A DNA stretch of 64,000 nucleotides from an uncultured Deinococcales bacterium (GCA_964247135.1 CAXTTL010000002.1:7693-71692), one strand, 5' to 3'; positions 44,202 to 53,914 are shown, counted from the stretch's first letter. Translations and numbers: made by a program. The notes: a model not told the origin generated them from the sequence alone.

Positions 44202-45005
44202 GTGAACGGAAAAGTCATTGTGGTCACGTCGGGAAAAGGTGGGGTTGGCAAAACCACCACCAGCGCCAACATCTCGGCGGGCTTGGCAAAACTTGGGGAA
44301 AAAGTAACAGTGATCGACGTGGACGTTGGTCTTCGCAACCTAGACGTGGTCATGGGACTCGAGGGAAGGGTCGTGTTCGACCTGGTCGATGTGCTCGAGG
44401 GCAAGTGTCGCATCAAACAAGCACTCATCCGCGACAAGCGTGTGGACAGTTTGTTCTTGCTGCCCGCCTCGCAAACCCGCGATAAAGATGCGCTCTCGAT
44501 TGACGGCATGAAAGAATTGGTGCGCCAACTGCTCGAGGAAGAGGGCATGGACCGCGTCATCATCGATTCGCCAGCCGGTATTGAAACCGGTTTTAAAGTC
44601 GCGGCTGCCCCAGCCACGGCGGCGCTGGTCGTGGTCAATCCCGAAGTCTCGAGCGTGCGCGATGCCGACCGCATCATTGGGCTTTTAGAAGCCAACGAAG
44701 TCCGCGAGTCACGGCTGGTGATTAACCGGATGCGCCCAAAAATGGTGGCTCGAGGCGACATGCTTTCGGTGGATGACGTGATCGAGATTCTGGCGGTCAA
44801 ACCCATTGGTATTATTCCAGAGGATGAAGGCATTCTGATCTCGACCAACATCGGCGAACCCGCCAGTCTGTCGGGCGCGACCAAAGCCGGCATCGCGTTT
44901 TTTGACACCGCACGACGGATTCACGGCGAGGATGTGCCATTTCCCAAGCTCGAGGACAAAGACGGTTTCTTCGCCAACCTTGGCAAGTTGTTCAGGAGGG
45001 GTTAA
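44202..45005 (+). CDS. minD: Septum site-determining ATPase MinD
   Basis: GTG start with GGAGG SD. Deviant Walker A VTSGKGGVGKTT. IDSPAGIE. A C-terminal amphipathic helix, FFANLGKLFRRG. Confidence 0.95.
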   Translation: MNGKVIVVTSGKGGVGKTTTSANISAGLAKLGEKVTVIDVDVGLRNLDVVMGLEGRVVFDLVDVLEGKCRIKQALIRDKRVDSLFLLPASQTRDKDALSIDGMKELVRQLLEEEGMDRVIIDSPAGIETGFKVAAAPATAALVVVNPEVSSVRDADRIIGLLEANEVRESRLVINRMRPKMVARGDMLSVDDVIEILAVKPIGIIPEDEGILISTNIGEPASLSGATKAGIAFFDTARRIHGEDVPFPKLEDKDGFFANLGKLFRRG

Positions 45006-45229
45006 TGTTCTGGGGACGCCGCAAAACCAAAGACACCCTGAAAAACCGTCTGCAAGTCGTGTTGCAATACGACCGCGCGGGTTTGCCGCCCGGACGCGAG
45101 GAAATGCTGCGCAGCGAACTGATGGCGGTGATTCAAAAATACTTTCCTGGCGCAAAAAGCCAACCGAATTTAAACGTCGAACGGCGCGGTGAGAACGTGA
45201 TTTTGACCGCCGATATTCCGCTGGATTAA
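45005..45229 (+). CDS. minE: Cell division topological specificity factor MinE
   Basis: 74 aa. Its ATG overlaps the minD stop (TAATG). ..KDTLKNRLQVVLQYDRAGL...L..EL..VI.KY is typical of MinE. Confidence 0.9.
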   Translation: MFWGRRKTKDTLKNRLQVVLQYDRAGLPPGREEMLRSELMAVIQKYFPGAKSQPNLNVERRGENVILTADIPLD

Positions 45230-45253
45230 TGCTCGAGCGTTGCCGATCAAGAA

Positions 45254-45287
45254 GTGGTTGAAATTCGTTTCGACCACGGACATTTTT
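45254..45287 (+). terminator. Hairpin between convergent minE and the HEAT-repeat gene
   Basis: GTGGTTGAAA (45254-63), TTCG loop, TTTCGACCAC (45268-77). A 10-bp stem with one G:U pair, then GGACATTTTTT. Confidence 0.5.
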
Positions 45288-46453
45288 TAACGCCAAGTTC
45301 GGCTGAGGGTTTCGGTCGCTGCCTCGCGCACACTTGGGCTTGGGTCTTGGGTCAATCTTTTTAAGATTTGATTCGATGCCACGCCAACGTATGCCACCTG
45401 CCAGCGCACGTCCTCATCTGGATCGCTGGCGAGTTGCTCGAGCACCCAGGCTGGCGTCTTTGTGGCTTTGGCGTAAGCCAAGGTTCGCCGCACCTCTGGG
45501 TTTTGGTCTTTGAGCAAAACTTCAAACATGGCTTGCCCCAGATCGTCGCGGCTTGCGATATTCTTGCGCACGTCGGCACTCGAGTCTTTTGCCAGAATCA
45601 ACATTTGATCTTGTGGTAAATCATGATGCCCTGCCAGGCATTCCCGAACTTTTTCATCGGGGTCGATCACCAAATGATTGTGAAATTGAGGAATCCAAGC
45701 ATAAAGCTTGGCAATCTCGAGCCGAACTTCGGAATTCACGTCTCTAGATAGGGTTTGCAACAGATTGATTTCGCCGCGCTGACGCAGGTTTTCGACACTC
45801 GAGGCTCGGACGCTGGCAGCGGGGTCGGTGGCTAACATCCGCAGTTCTTTGATCGGAACAAGATTGTTCCAGGCGACCGCGCCACGCACCAGCGGGTCGG
45901 GGTCTTGGGAAAGTTTTTCGAGGACGGCAATTGGACAGGCGTCGCGCACAGCGACATCGAAGCGCACCAAAGCATCGGAGTCTTCGCTCAGTTTTGTAAA
46001 AATCGCGGCAGTACAATTTTTGTTGTCAGTGACGGCACGGCGCACCGCAGCGTCAGAATGCCGTGCAAGTTGCGCCAACAGCTCGGCTGGAGTTTGAATG
46101 CTTTGCGCCACGGCGATGCAAACCGTATTTTGTTTGTGTTTGGCAAGTTTCTCGAGGATTTCCAGGTTGATGTTGGGATTGCTTGCCACCGCTTTCAGAA
46201 TCGTCCATTTGCCGTGCCCACTGAGGTACTCGAGTGCGGCAAGGGGGGCTTTGGGATTCACCGCCACGGCGTACTGCACAGTTGGGTCGGGAAGTTTGGC
46301 TAACTCGAGTAACCGAGATGCCAGGGTTTTTTTGCTTTTTGCTTCTTTTTTAAGCGTGGCAATGTTCATCAATTCATTTTGCAGCATCACAAGATTTGAA
46401 AACTTGAGATGCCAAATCATTTCGGCTTCACTGGGGTTACCACCTCGAGTCAT
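45287..46453 (-). CDS. HEAT / leucine-rich-repeat-variant (LRV) repeat protein
   Basis: 388 aa with ~30-aa periodic repeats of the form ..LA.D.D..VR..VA.N...P...L..L.. The start is uncertain; a TATGCT box lies 8 nt upstream of the ATG at 46453. Confidence 0.7.
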   Translation of the reverse strand: MTRGGNPSEAEMIWHLKFSNLVMLQNELMNIATLKKEAKSKKTLASRLLELAKLPDPTVQYAVAVNPKAPLAALEYLSGHGKWTILKAVASNPNINLEILEKLAKHKQNTVCIAVAQSIQTPAELLAQLARHSDAAVRRAVTDNKNCTAAIFTKLSEDSDALVRFDVAVRDACPIAVLEKLSQDPDPLVRGAVAWNNLVPIKELRMLATDPAASVRASSVENLRQRGEINLLQTLSRDVNSEVRLEIAKLYAWIPQFHNHLVIDPDEKVRECLAGHHDLPQDQMLILAKDSSADVRKNIASRDDLGQAMFEVLLKDQNPEVRRTLAYAKATKTPAWVLEQLASDPDEDVRWQVAYVGVASNQILKRLTQDPSPSVREAATETLSRTWR

Positions 46454-46542
46454 TGTTCTGTAGCATAAAGAAATGCTTGAGATTCGTCTTCATCAATTCT
46501 TGTTGTAAGAAAAAAGCAATACACCCAGGGTAAAGATAAGCC

Positions 46543-46998
46543 ATGCGACTGATTGATTGGATCAAAAAAATGCTGGCTGGCGAAAAACCCGACGAAAGTT
46601 TCAAACTCGAGGGTGAGCAGAAATTCATCAAAGGACTCGATGTCATGGCGGCACTCGAGGCGCACCTCAAATGGCGCTCTCGACTCGAGCAGTATATTTT
46701 GGGCGATCACACCGAAAAACTTGATTACAACGTGGTTTCAAAAGACAATGTTTGCATCTTGGGGCAGTGGTTGTACGGCGCCGGATACCAAATTTTCATG
46801 CACGTCCCAGAATACGCCTCACTCGGACGCGCCCACCGCGAGTTTCACGTTTTTGCGGGACAAATCCTTGAGGAATACCAGACCGGCAGCAAAGACGGTG
46901 CGAAACGATTGCTGGCAGAACAATTTAATGCCTACTCTGGGAACGTTCAAACAGCGCTGGTAAAACTCCATAAACTCGCGCACGGCAACGAAGTTTAA
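46543..46998 (+). CDS. CZB (chemoreceptor zinc-binding) domain protein
   Basis: 151 aa. AHLKWRSRLEQYILG...DNVCILGQWLYG...HREFHVFAGQIL matches the CZB His/Cys zinc-site pattern. Confidence 0.7.
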   Translation: MRLIDWIKKMLAGEKPDESFKLEGEQKFIKGLDVMAALEAHLKWRSRLEQYILGDHTEKLDYNVVSKDNVCILGQWLYGAGYQIFMHVPEYASLGRAHREFHVFAGQILEEYQTGSKDGAKRLLAEQFNAYSGNVQTALVKLHKLAHGNEV

Positions 46999-47016
46999 AT
47001 TGATCTCGAGAATCGA

Positions 47017-47583
47017 TCACTTTGGTTTTACTGGGTTGAACATCTCGAGTCCGCCGGCTTTTAAAAACCTACCCTTCAGACTCTCGAGGCTCTCTACAGG
47101 CTTTGAACTGGCATCCCCTGGCAATGTTCCCGCAAAGACCTCGAGCGCGTCTGTAAAGCCATCTGAATCGCTGTCAGCATCAAACACGCCTCGAGCGTCG
47201 TACTGGGTTTTTAAGGCATCCAGTTTGGCTTCGGGTTTGCTGTCGCGGTCTGTAGGATTTGACCCTGCCATGCGCTCGAGCGAATCTGGAATGCCGTCAT
47301 GGTCGGTGTCGCCGCCATAACGCAAGCCCGAGTACAGCGCCGCGTTGATGTCTTGCTTCTTGCCGCGCCAGAACCCGACGGCGTAACCAAAACTGTTCCA
47401 ACCCACGCCACCGTTCGGGCTGACATGGCACAGCACACAACCTGAACGCTCGAGCGCACTCCCTGAGATTTTCTCAAAATGCAGTACCCTGCTGGCAACC
47501 CCTAAATAGTCACTGCGGGCGCTGACCCCCGCACAAATCAGCAAACTCGAGACAATAAAAGCAAAGCCATGAACGGGTTTCAT
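47017..47583 (-). CDS. Secreted protein with a single CXXCH haem-c motif and thrombospondin-type-3-like Ca-binding repeats
   Basis: Signal peptide MKPVHGFAFIVSSLLICAGVSA. CVLCH, DTDHDGIPD and DADSDSDGFTD. 188 aa. Confidence 0.6.
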   Translation of the reverse strand: MKPVHGFAFIVSSLLICAGVSARSDYLGVASRVLHFEKISGSALERSGCVLCHVSPNGGVGWNSFGYAVGFWRGKKQDINAALYSGLRYGGDTDHDGIPDSLERMAGSNPTDRDSKPEAKLDALKTQYDARGVFDADSDSDGFTDALEVFAGTLPGDASSKPVESLESLKGRFLKAGGLEMFNPVKPK

Positions 47584-47622
47584 GGCTTTTGGATGATTGT
47601 TTTTGAAAATAGTTCCCAGGGT

Positions 47623-49692
47623 TTAGCTTTTCACCAAGTCGCGGATGAACAAATTGAACGACAGGATCGGCGCATAGGTTTCGATGTTGACCAGCAACGT
47701 GCCGTCTGGGGCGTACTTGCGCACGATATGCCCGCCGCGTCTGGCGGCGTAAACTTGCCCTTGGTGGTCGATGCCGATGTCCATGACGTTGTTGGTGTCC
47801 TCGCCGTGAAGCGGTTCGATGTTGAAGCTTTGCCCCTGTTTGCCGGCTGGGAAAATCAGCGACCTGATCTTGGAACTGCTGGCGTCGGCGATGTACAGCA
47901 CCCCAGTGGCATCGACGCCCACGCCGTCAAGGACGCGGAGTTCGCTCGATTCGGAATTGATTTTAAAGCTGAAGCGTTGAATAAATTCGCCCTCTTTGGT
48001 AAAACGCTGCACCTGACGGTTGCCGTAATCGAGCACGTACACAAAACCGTCGCTGCCCGCAATGACGTTGCGCGGGTCGTCAAAGGTGCCGCGTCCCGCG
48101 CCGCGCCCACCAAATTTGGAGATAAATTGACCCTCGAGCGTGAAGCGTTGCACCATGCAAGCCTCGCTGTCGAGCACATACACCTGATCCCAGGGGGCGA
48201 CGCTGATGGCGGCAGGGTACAAGAAATCGCCTGGTTTCATGCCGTAATTGCCGAAGGCGCTCAGCTCAACGCCGTTTGGGTCGAGCTTGCGAATCATTTT
48301 GGGGCTGCTCTCGCCGGCGCGGTACTCGAACACGGCGGCAAACAAGTTTAAGTCTCGATCCGCCGCCACCGCGACTGGCGCGGCTGGAAACTTGTCCGCG
48401 CCCTGCCCGATGCTCGAGAGGCTGCGCTCGAGGTTGCCCTTGCCGTCCAGAATGCGCAGCGGTCCTTTGCGCGAATTTAAACTGACCACGAGTTGCACGG
48501 GTCCGTCAAGGCTGCTGCTGCCCTCGAGCAATCCCACATCGACGGCTTCGATCACCTCGTTCAAGGAGGCGCGTTTTTCGGGGTCTTTTTCGATCATGCG
48601 CATGACCAGGTCGTTGAGTTTTTGGCTGACCTCGAGGTTGACCTGGCGCGGTGGGGTCGGGGTTTGAAAGATTTGGGCTTGAACCACGGCTTCGTACCCG
48701 CCTTTAAAGGCGGTGACGCCCGTGACCATCTCGTAGAACACCAAGCCCAGGCTGTAAATGTCGGTGCGGTGATCGATTTTTAAGCCCCTGGCTTGTTCTG
48801 GACTCATGTAGACGGGTGTGCCCACCCGAGCGCCGGTCATGGTCAAGCGGGTCAAAACCTTGCCGGCGGCAATCCCAAAGTCCATCAACTTCACGCCGCT
48901 GGCTTCGATGCTGGGCGGGTTAAAACCCATCGCGGATTTGGTGACCATGATGTTGCCAGGTTTGATGTCGCGGTGAATGATGCCTTGCTTGTGAATGTAG
49001 CGCAGCGCATCGGCGGTGGCACGCAAGACCATCGTGCTGTGCTCGAGCGTCAAACGTCTGGTTTCGATCAGGCTCTCCAAACTTTCGCCCTCGACAAATT
49101 CCATGCTGATAAAGTGGGTGGTGCCCTCGTTGCTGTGCTCGAAGACTTTAATGATGTTCGGGTGATTCAGGCGCATCAGGACTTCGGCTTCGCGGTGAAA
49201 ACGGCGCACGAATTTGGCGTCGGCAACAAATTTTTCTTGCGGGATTTTTAAAGCCACAATCTTGGAGTCGTCCTTGCGCAAAGCGCGGTAGACCGTCGCC
49301 ATGCCGCCGATGCCCACACGGTCACGCAGTTCGTAGCGCGATAAGCTCGAGTTGCCCTCGCCTTTGATGTTGTTGGCGTTGATTCCAGCCAAGGTTGGGG
49401 TGCGACCTGTTTCGCGCGATGGTCGGCGTTTGTTGGACCTTGGACGGGCGTAAGCCGTTCCGAGCGGCACGAGCGAGGACACCAGAATGATGGCGGCAAT
49501 CACCAGGCTGGCGTCGGCGCGGTGCGGATTGGAGACGCCACCGCTGAAGGCTGGGGTTTGCGCCAAGAAGAACAGCGCTATCGCAAAAACCAGACCCGCA
49601 CCAGCCGCCACAAGCGTGGTCAGGATGGCGGGCAAGCGCCAGAAAATAAACACGGCAAAGGCAAACAAGCTCAGCAGCAAAATCGCGGTCAT
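47623..49692 (-). CDS. Membrane Ser/Thr protein kinase with C-terminal NHL/beta-propeller repeats
   Basis: 689 aa. N-terminal TM helices. Kinase motifs (GIGGMATVY, VALK, HRDIKPGNIM, DFGIA, SPEQ). Repeated ..G.F..P.GV.VD..G.VYV.D..N.R.. units. Confidence 0.85.
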   Translation of the reverse strand: MTAILLLSLFAFAVFIFWRLPAILTTLVAAGAGLVFAIALFFLAQTPAFSGGVSNPHRADASLVIAAIILVSSLVPLGTAYARPRSNKRRPSRETGRTPTLAGINANNIKGEGNSSLSRYELRDRVGIGGMATVYRALRKDDSKIVALKIPQEKFVADAKFVRRFHREAEVLMRLNHPNIIKVFEHSNEGTTHFISMEFVEGESLESLIETRRLTLEHSTMVLRATADALRYIHKQGIIHRDIKPGNIMVTKSAMGFNPPSIEASGVKLMDFGIAAGKVLTRLTMTGARVGTPVYMSPEQARGLKIDHRTDIYSLGLVFYEMVTGVTAFKGGYEAVVQAQIFQTPTPPRQVNLEVSQKLNDLVMRMIEKDPEKRASLNEVIEAVDVGLLEGSSSLDGPVQLVVSLNSRKGPLRILDGKGNLERSLSSIGQGADKFPAAPVAVAADRDLNLFAAVFEYRAGESSPKMIRKLDPNGVELSAFGNYGMKPGDFLYPAAISVAPWDQVYVLDSEACMVQRFTLEGQFISKFGGRGAGRGTFDDPRNVIAGSDGFVYVLDYGNRQVQRFTKEGEFIQRFSFKINSESSELRVLDGVGVDATGVLYIADASSSKIRSLIFPAGKQGQSFNIEPLHGEDTNNVMDIGIDHQGQVYAARRGGHIVRKYAPDGTLLVNIETYAPILSFNLFIRDLVKS

Positions 49693-50462
49693 GTCATCAC
49701 CTGCGCGATCACACCCGTAATGTTGTCAGGTCCACCGCGTTGGTTTGCCAGACCAATAAAATACTCGAGCGCCATTTGCAATGCCGAGCCACGGTTGAGT
49801 TCATCCAAAAATTCGTCGATGCGGACTTGGTTGTGCAAACCGTCCGAGGTCAGAATAAACGTATCACCCGTCGAAATTGGAAAGCTTAATACATCCACCA
49901 CGACCTGAGGACGCGTGCCGAGCGCTCGAGCCAGCAGGTTTCGGTATTGATGGTTTTCGGCTTGTTCGCGTGTCAAAATACCCTTTTCGACCTGTTCTTC
50001 GACCCAGGAATGGTCTTTGCTGATTTGTTGCACCTGCCCTTTGCGCACCAGATGCGCCCTCGAGTCACCGACATGCCCCAGAATACCCTTTCGGTCATAC
50101 AAAATGAGTACCGTCAAGGTGGTGCCCATGCCGTCGCGTTCTGGAAACTCGAGCGCGGTTTTGTAAATCGTGCGGTTGGCAGCTTGAATGCTCTTCTCGA
50201 GCGCCTTCTCGAGCGGAATGGCGGCGTTGCCATTTGCGACAAAATCAACGTAATCGCTGATCGCTTTGGTCACGACATCGACCGCAATTTTGCTGGCGTA
50301 CTCTCCGGCGGCGGCGCCACCCATGCCGTCAGCCACAGCCAAAAACACCAAAGGTCCTTTGGTGGTCTGGAAGGTTTTGACTCGGTGATAGTCCTCGTTG
50401 GAATCGCGGACGCGACCCACGCTCGAACCATGCCCGAAATTAACTCCTGGTCGTGTCTGCAA
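49689..50462 (-). CDS. PP2C-family Ser/Thr phosphatase
   Basis: 257 aa. GRVRDSNEDY, AVADGMGG, TSDGL and DNITGV. Its stop overlaps the kinase start by 4 nt (ATGA). The TTG start is from the track. Confidence 0.88.
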   Translation of the reverse strand: MQTRPGVNFGHGSSVGRVRDSNEDYHRVKTFQTTKGPLVFLAVADGMGGAAAGEYASKIAVDVVTKAISDYVDFVANGNAAIPLEKALEKSIQAANRTIYKTALEFPERDGMGTTLTVLILYDRKGILGHVGDSRAHLVRKGQVQQISKDHSWVEEQVEKGILTREQAENHQYRNLLARALGTRPQVVVDVLSFPISTGDTFILTSDGLHNQVRIDEFLDELNRGSALQMALEYFIGLANQRGGPDNITGVIAQVMT

Positions 50463-50719
50463 CGCTCACCTCGAGAAATCTGAATCCGAATTGGATTCTA
50501 GCATTCGCTGGGCGGCTTATGGCTTGTCCAAGTCACATCGTGACAAAAACTGGGTGGTCGCGTGGATTCCCAAAAGGGATTAATTTGGCAAAATCCTTGT
50601 CCCTGAGGCTTTTTTGTGACCAGCGACCCAGATTGACGCGGGTATCATCCAAGCTCGAGATTCAAATTGCTTCGGGGTGCTAAGCTTTCATCAAGCACAA
50701 AATGCCAAAAAGGAGTTTC

Positions 50720-51508
50720 ATGCTGCGTTTTGCCGTTTCCAGTTGGGGTCTCGATGGCTTGCTGAATTCTGGGACGTCCTTGCTCGAGTTGATCAAACTT
50801 TTGCCAGAACACCAGATTGGCACGCTCGAAATCTGCCATTTTCACCTGCCATCCACAGACGCAACCTACCTCGAGACGCTCAAAGTGGGTCTGCAAAGCG
50901 CAGGGGTTGAACTGTTCAGCATTTTGCTGGACGCAGGCAACATTGCCTCGAGCGACCCTGCACAAATAGACGCCGACGATTTGCTGATTCGACATTGGAT
51001 TGACGTTGCAGCCAGCCTTGGGGCAGAACGGATTCGGATTGATGCCGGACTTGAGCCTGCAACCCCAGAAGTGATCGCGCAAAGTGCCAGGCGACTTCAA
51101 GAATATGCTCAAATCGCTGCCAGCAAGGGACTTGAAGTCAGCACCGAAAATTGGCACCTCACCAGCCAGAACCCAGAAGTTTTGCTCGAGATTCTCGTGC
51201 GTTGCGCCGGCACAATTGGACTCTGCGCCGATACGGGCAATGCCGAAGCCTCGAGCGACAAGTACCAAACGTTAACTTTACTGCTGCCAAAAGCCAGTTC
51301 AGTGCATTTTAAGCCGCGTTATACCTCAAGTGGAGAAATTGACATGCTTGACCTCGAGCATTGTGTGCGACTGATGAAACAAGCCAACTTTGCTGGCGTT
51401 CTGACCCTTATTTTTGACCACAAACACGACGAATGGCAAGGCATCGCTAGTCTGCGCGACGCCCTGAAATCACGGCTCGAGTCCGTTAATCCTCAATTAA
51501 TTCGCTGA
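50720..51508 (+). CDS. Xylose-isomerase-like TIM-barrel protein (sugar phosphate isomerase/epimerase family)
   Basis: Start moved to the ATG at 50720 (AAGGAG SD 4 nt upstream): MLRFAVSSWGL. ..VSTENWH.. and ..LCADTGN.. are metal-ligand-like positions. The 3' end overlaps the convergent priA by 23 nt. Confidence 0.7.
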   Translation: MLRFAVSSWGLDGLLNSGTSLLELIKLLPEHQIGTLEICHFHLPSTDATYLETLKVGLQSAGVELFSILLDAGNIASSDPAQIDADDLLIRHWIDVAASLGAERIRIDAGLEPATPEVIAQSARRLQEYAQIAASKGLEVSTENWHLTSQNPEVLLEILVRCAGTIGLCADTGNAEASSDKYQTLTLLLPKASSVHFKPRYTSSGEIDMLDLEHCVRLMKQANFAGVLTLIFDHKHDEWQGIASLRDALKSRLESVNPQLIR

Positions 51509-53765
51509 TGTTGCGCGGGTTGACATCGATTCGCACGCGTACACTGCCCTCCCGAGAGCGCCGCGCAGGCTCGAGCAGGTGTTGCAATCGCTCGAGGTTT
51601 TCGGTTTTGACCAGCAAGTTGAAAACGTAAAGCCCCCGCAATCTTGGAATTGGATTTGGCGCGGGTCCGAGCAATTCGGTTTTGGTCGCGCCACGATCAC
51701 GGATGAGTGCGGCAATTTTCTGGGCAGCCTGTTCGGCGTCTTGCACTTTGCGCCCCGCCAGTTGCACCTGCGCCAGTCTGGCGAACGGCGGAAAACTCAA
51801 GGCTTCCCTGGAATCGAGTTCCAATTCTGGAAAGACCTCGGCATTGTGCTGCTCGAGAATTTGAACCAACGCCGGATGCCTGCCCGAAAAGGTTTGCACC
51901 AACAACAACGGCGCTCGGGTCGGATGCCACTCGAGCAATTGGCGCAGCAAGACATGAAAGCGCTCCGAACTGCGAAAATCTGGATGCGTGTGAAAAGTAT
52001 CGGCAAAGGTCAATGCAATCAATGCCAAATCTGGCGGCGGCTCGAGGCTGAGCACCGCCGTCGTGCCGACCACCACCCCAGATTCGCCGCGTTTAAACTT
52101 GCTCAGATCATCTTTTTGATCGCGGTCATAACGGTAAATGTTGGTTCCTGGCAGCAATTTCTCGAGTTCGGTCTGAATCCATTGCGTGCCAGGACCTTTG
52201 GGATTCAAGACCGTCCCCTCGCATTTGGGGCAGCGTTTGGGCGGTGTGGTCTGATGCCCGCACTGATGACACTCGAGCGTCCGCGATTGGGCATGAAAGC
52301 GTAGCGGCACGTCGCAGTTGGGGCAGTAGGGCAACCAGGCGCAATCTGGGCATTTGACCAGGGCGCTAAAGCCGCGCCGTGGCGCAATCAGCACGGCTTG
52401 GCGTCCACGTTCGGCAACCTGTTTCAAAACTTTTTTTAAGGCACTGGAAAGTGGCCACGACTCTTTTGCCACCGCCATGTGGCTCATCGGACCCATTTCG
52501 GGCGCGAGGTTCGGGTTGGCGTAATCGACAATGTGAATCCTCGAGCGCGGCGGCTCGAGCACAATGCCGTGCAAATCCAGACTTTCGACGCTCGGCACAG
52601 CCCCTGTGAACACCAACTTCGCGCCGCTCGATTCCGCGCGGAGTTTCGCCGCGTCCGGCACAAAGACCCTCGAGCCGCCCTGCAACTTCCAGGCGTCCGA
52701 ACCCTCCTCCTCGAGCACGATCAATTTGAGGTTTTTGATGGGTGCCAAGAGCGCCATCATCGTGCCAAAAACCACCTTAAAATCGCCCTCTCGAGCGCCA
52801 GTCCAAACCGCTTGGCGCTCGCGGGCGTTCAAATCAAAATGGAGCATGGCGCTGGAGCGCACGCCGCCCAAGGCTTTGAAGGCACGCTCGAGCCGTCCTC
52901 GGTCGGGCGCGAGGTACAGGACGCCGCCCCTGGTTTCCCGAATCAGTTGCGCGATCATGGCTTGCCGTTCGCGCCAACGCCCACCATGAATCCGCGCCAG
53001 GTTCGACTCGAGCTTGACCACTCTCGGCGCAGGGTCGGTGCTTGGAAACTCGAGTTGCACCGCCGCCACCGCCTCGAAACCGCGATACGCCAAACCCAGC
53101 CGCTCGAGTTTGCTGACCACGCCACTCGAGACGCCAGCATCACGCGCCCATTGTGCCAGACTCTCGCTACGTCCCAAATCTTGCAGGGTTTCCAGCGCCC
53201 GCGCCTGCTTGGGTGTGAGTTTGACATCTTCAGGCTCGAGCGTCGGCTTGATGATTTCCCGCATCGGCTCGAGCAAATTGGCTTCCTCTTCGAGCAAACC
53301 TTGCGAACGCAAAAACTCGAGCAAACCAGGGTCATGCAATGCCGCGCTCGTCCAATCCTGCAAGGCGTCGGCGCGTGCGGGCAATTCGGCAATGTTCAGC
53401 CCTGGCACCAGCCGCACCAAGTGTTCGACCTCTTGGCGCAAACCGAACGGCAAGAAATCCTCGAGCACCACACCGAGCGGCGCGAGCGAATATCCCGCCA
53501 CCGCCTTGAGTGTCTCGAGCGCGTCGGGCGTCAAAATCGGACTGGTGTCCAAAAGCGCAATCGCATCTTTGAGATGCAAGCCCCGATCCACCCGCGCATC
53601 CTCAAGCACCTCGAGCACCACTCCAACCCGCGCCCCGCCCTGCCACGGTACGAGCACCCGAGCGCCCAAAGCGGGTGTCTCGGTTTTTAAAGCGCGAAAG
53701 TCATACGCCCCCAGTGGAAGCGGCACGAGCACGCGCCAAATTGTGAATTGCAGATTTGAAGGCAT
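51486..53765 (-). CDS. priA: Primosomal protein N-prime (PriA), apparently lacking Walker A/B (pseudohelicase type)
   Basis: Start at the ATG at 53765 (MPSNLQFTIWRVLVPLPLG..), not 53894. The Cys-rich zinc region is CPDCAWLPYCPNCDVPLRFHAQSRTLECHQCGHQ..CPKCEG. No GxGKT motif anywhere. IHGGRWRERQ and LEEEGSD sit where Walker A and DEEH are expected. Confidence 0.88.
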   Translation of the reverse strand: MPSNLQFTIWRVLVPLPLGAYDFRALKTETPALGARVLVPWQGGARVGVVLEVLEDARVDRGLHLKDAIALLDTSPILTPDALETLKAVAGYSLAPLGVVLEDFLPFGLRQEVEHLVRLVPGLNIAELPARADALQDWTSAALHDPGLLEFLRSQGLLEEEANLLEPMREIIKPTLEPEDVKLTPKQARALETLQDLGRSESLAQWARDAGVSSGVVSKLERLGLAYRGFEAVAAVQLEFPSTDPAPRVVKLESNLARIHGGRWRERQAMIAQLIRETRGGVLYLAPDRGRLERAFKALGGVRSSAMLHFDLNARERQAVWTGAREGDFKVVFGTMMALLAPIKNLKLIVLEEEGSDAWKLQGGSRVFVPDAAKLRAESSGAKLVFTGAVPSVESLDLHGIVLEPPRSRIHIVDYANPNLAPEMGPMSHMAVAKESWPLSSALKKVLKQVAERGRQAVLIAPRRGFSALVKCPDCAWLPYCPNCDVPLRFHAQSRTLECHQCGHQTTPPKRCPKCEGTVLNPKGPGTQWIQTELEKLLPGTNIYRYDRDQKDDLSKFKRGESGVVVGTTAVLSLEPPPDLALIALTFADTFHTHPDFRSSERFHVLLRQLLEWHPTRAPLLLVQTFSGRHPALVQILEQHNAEVFPELELDSREALSFPPFARLAQVQLAGRKVQDAEQAAQKIAALIRDRGATKTELLGPAPNPIPRLRGLYVFNLLVKTENLERLQHLLEPARRSREGSVRVRIDVNPRNISELIED

Positions 53766-53885
53766 GGTTTCTCGAGGGGTTCTGGGTTGGACAAGTTCTC
53801 GAGCGCCAAAGAACCCCTGAGCACCACTCACAGGGGTTCTGAAATTTGAATTCTCGAGTCTTATAGCTAAAAATCGTTGTTCTCT

Positions 53886-53910
53886 AAGGCGCATGGCAAT
53901 GCGCCTCTAC
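53886..53910 (-). repeat. REP-like hairpin unit (reverse orientation): GTAGAGGCGC-loop-GCGCC
   Basis: The plus strand reads AAGGCGCATGGCAATGCGCCTCTAC. The reverse complement is GTAGAGGCGCATTGCCATGCGCCTT. It lies between priA and the VanW gene. Confidence 0.55.
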
Positions 53911-53914
53911 GAAG

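Noticed and set aside
51486-51508. The 23-nt convergent 3' overlap between priA and the TIM-barrel gene, as a regulatory antisense feature
   Set aside because: Short convergent overlaps are common in compact genomes. No hairpin or conserved element is visible in the overlap.
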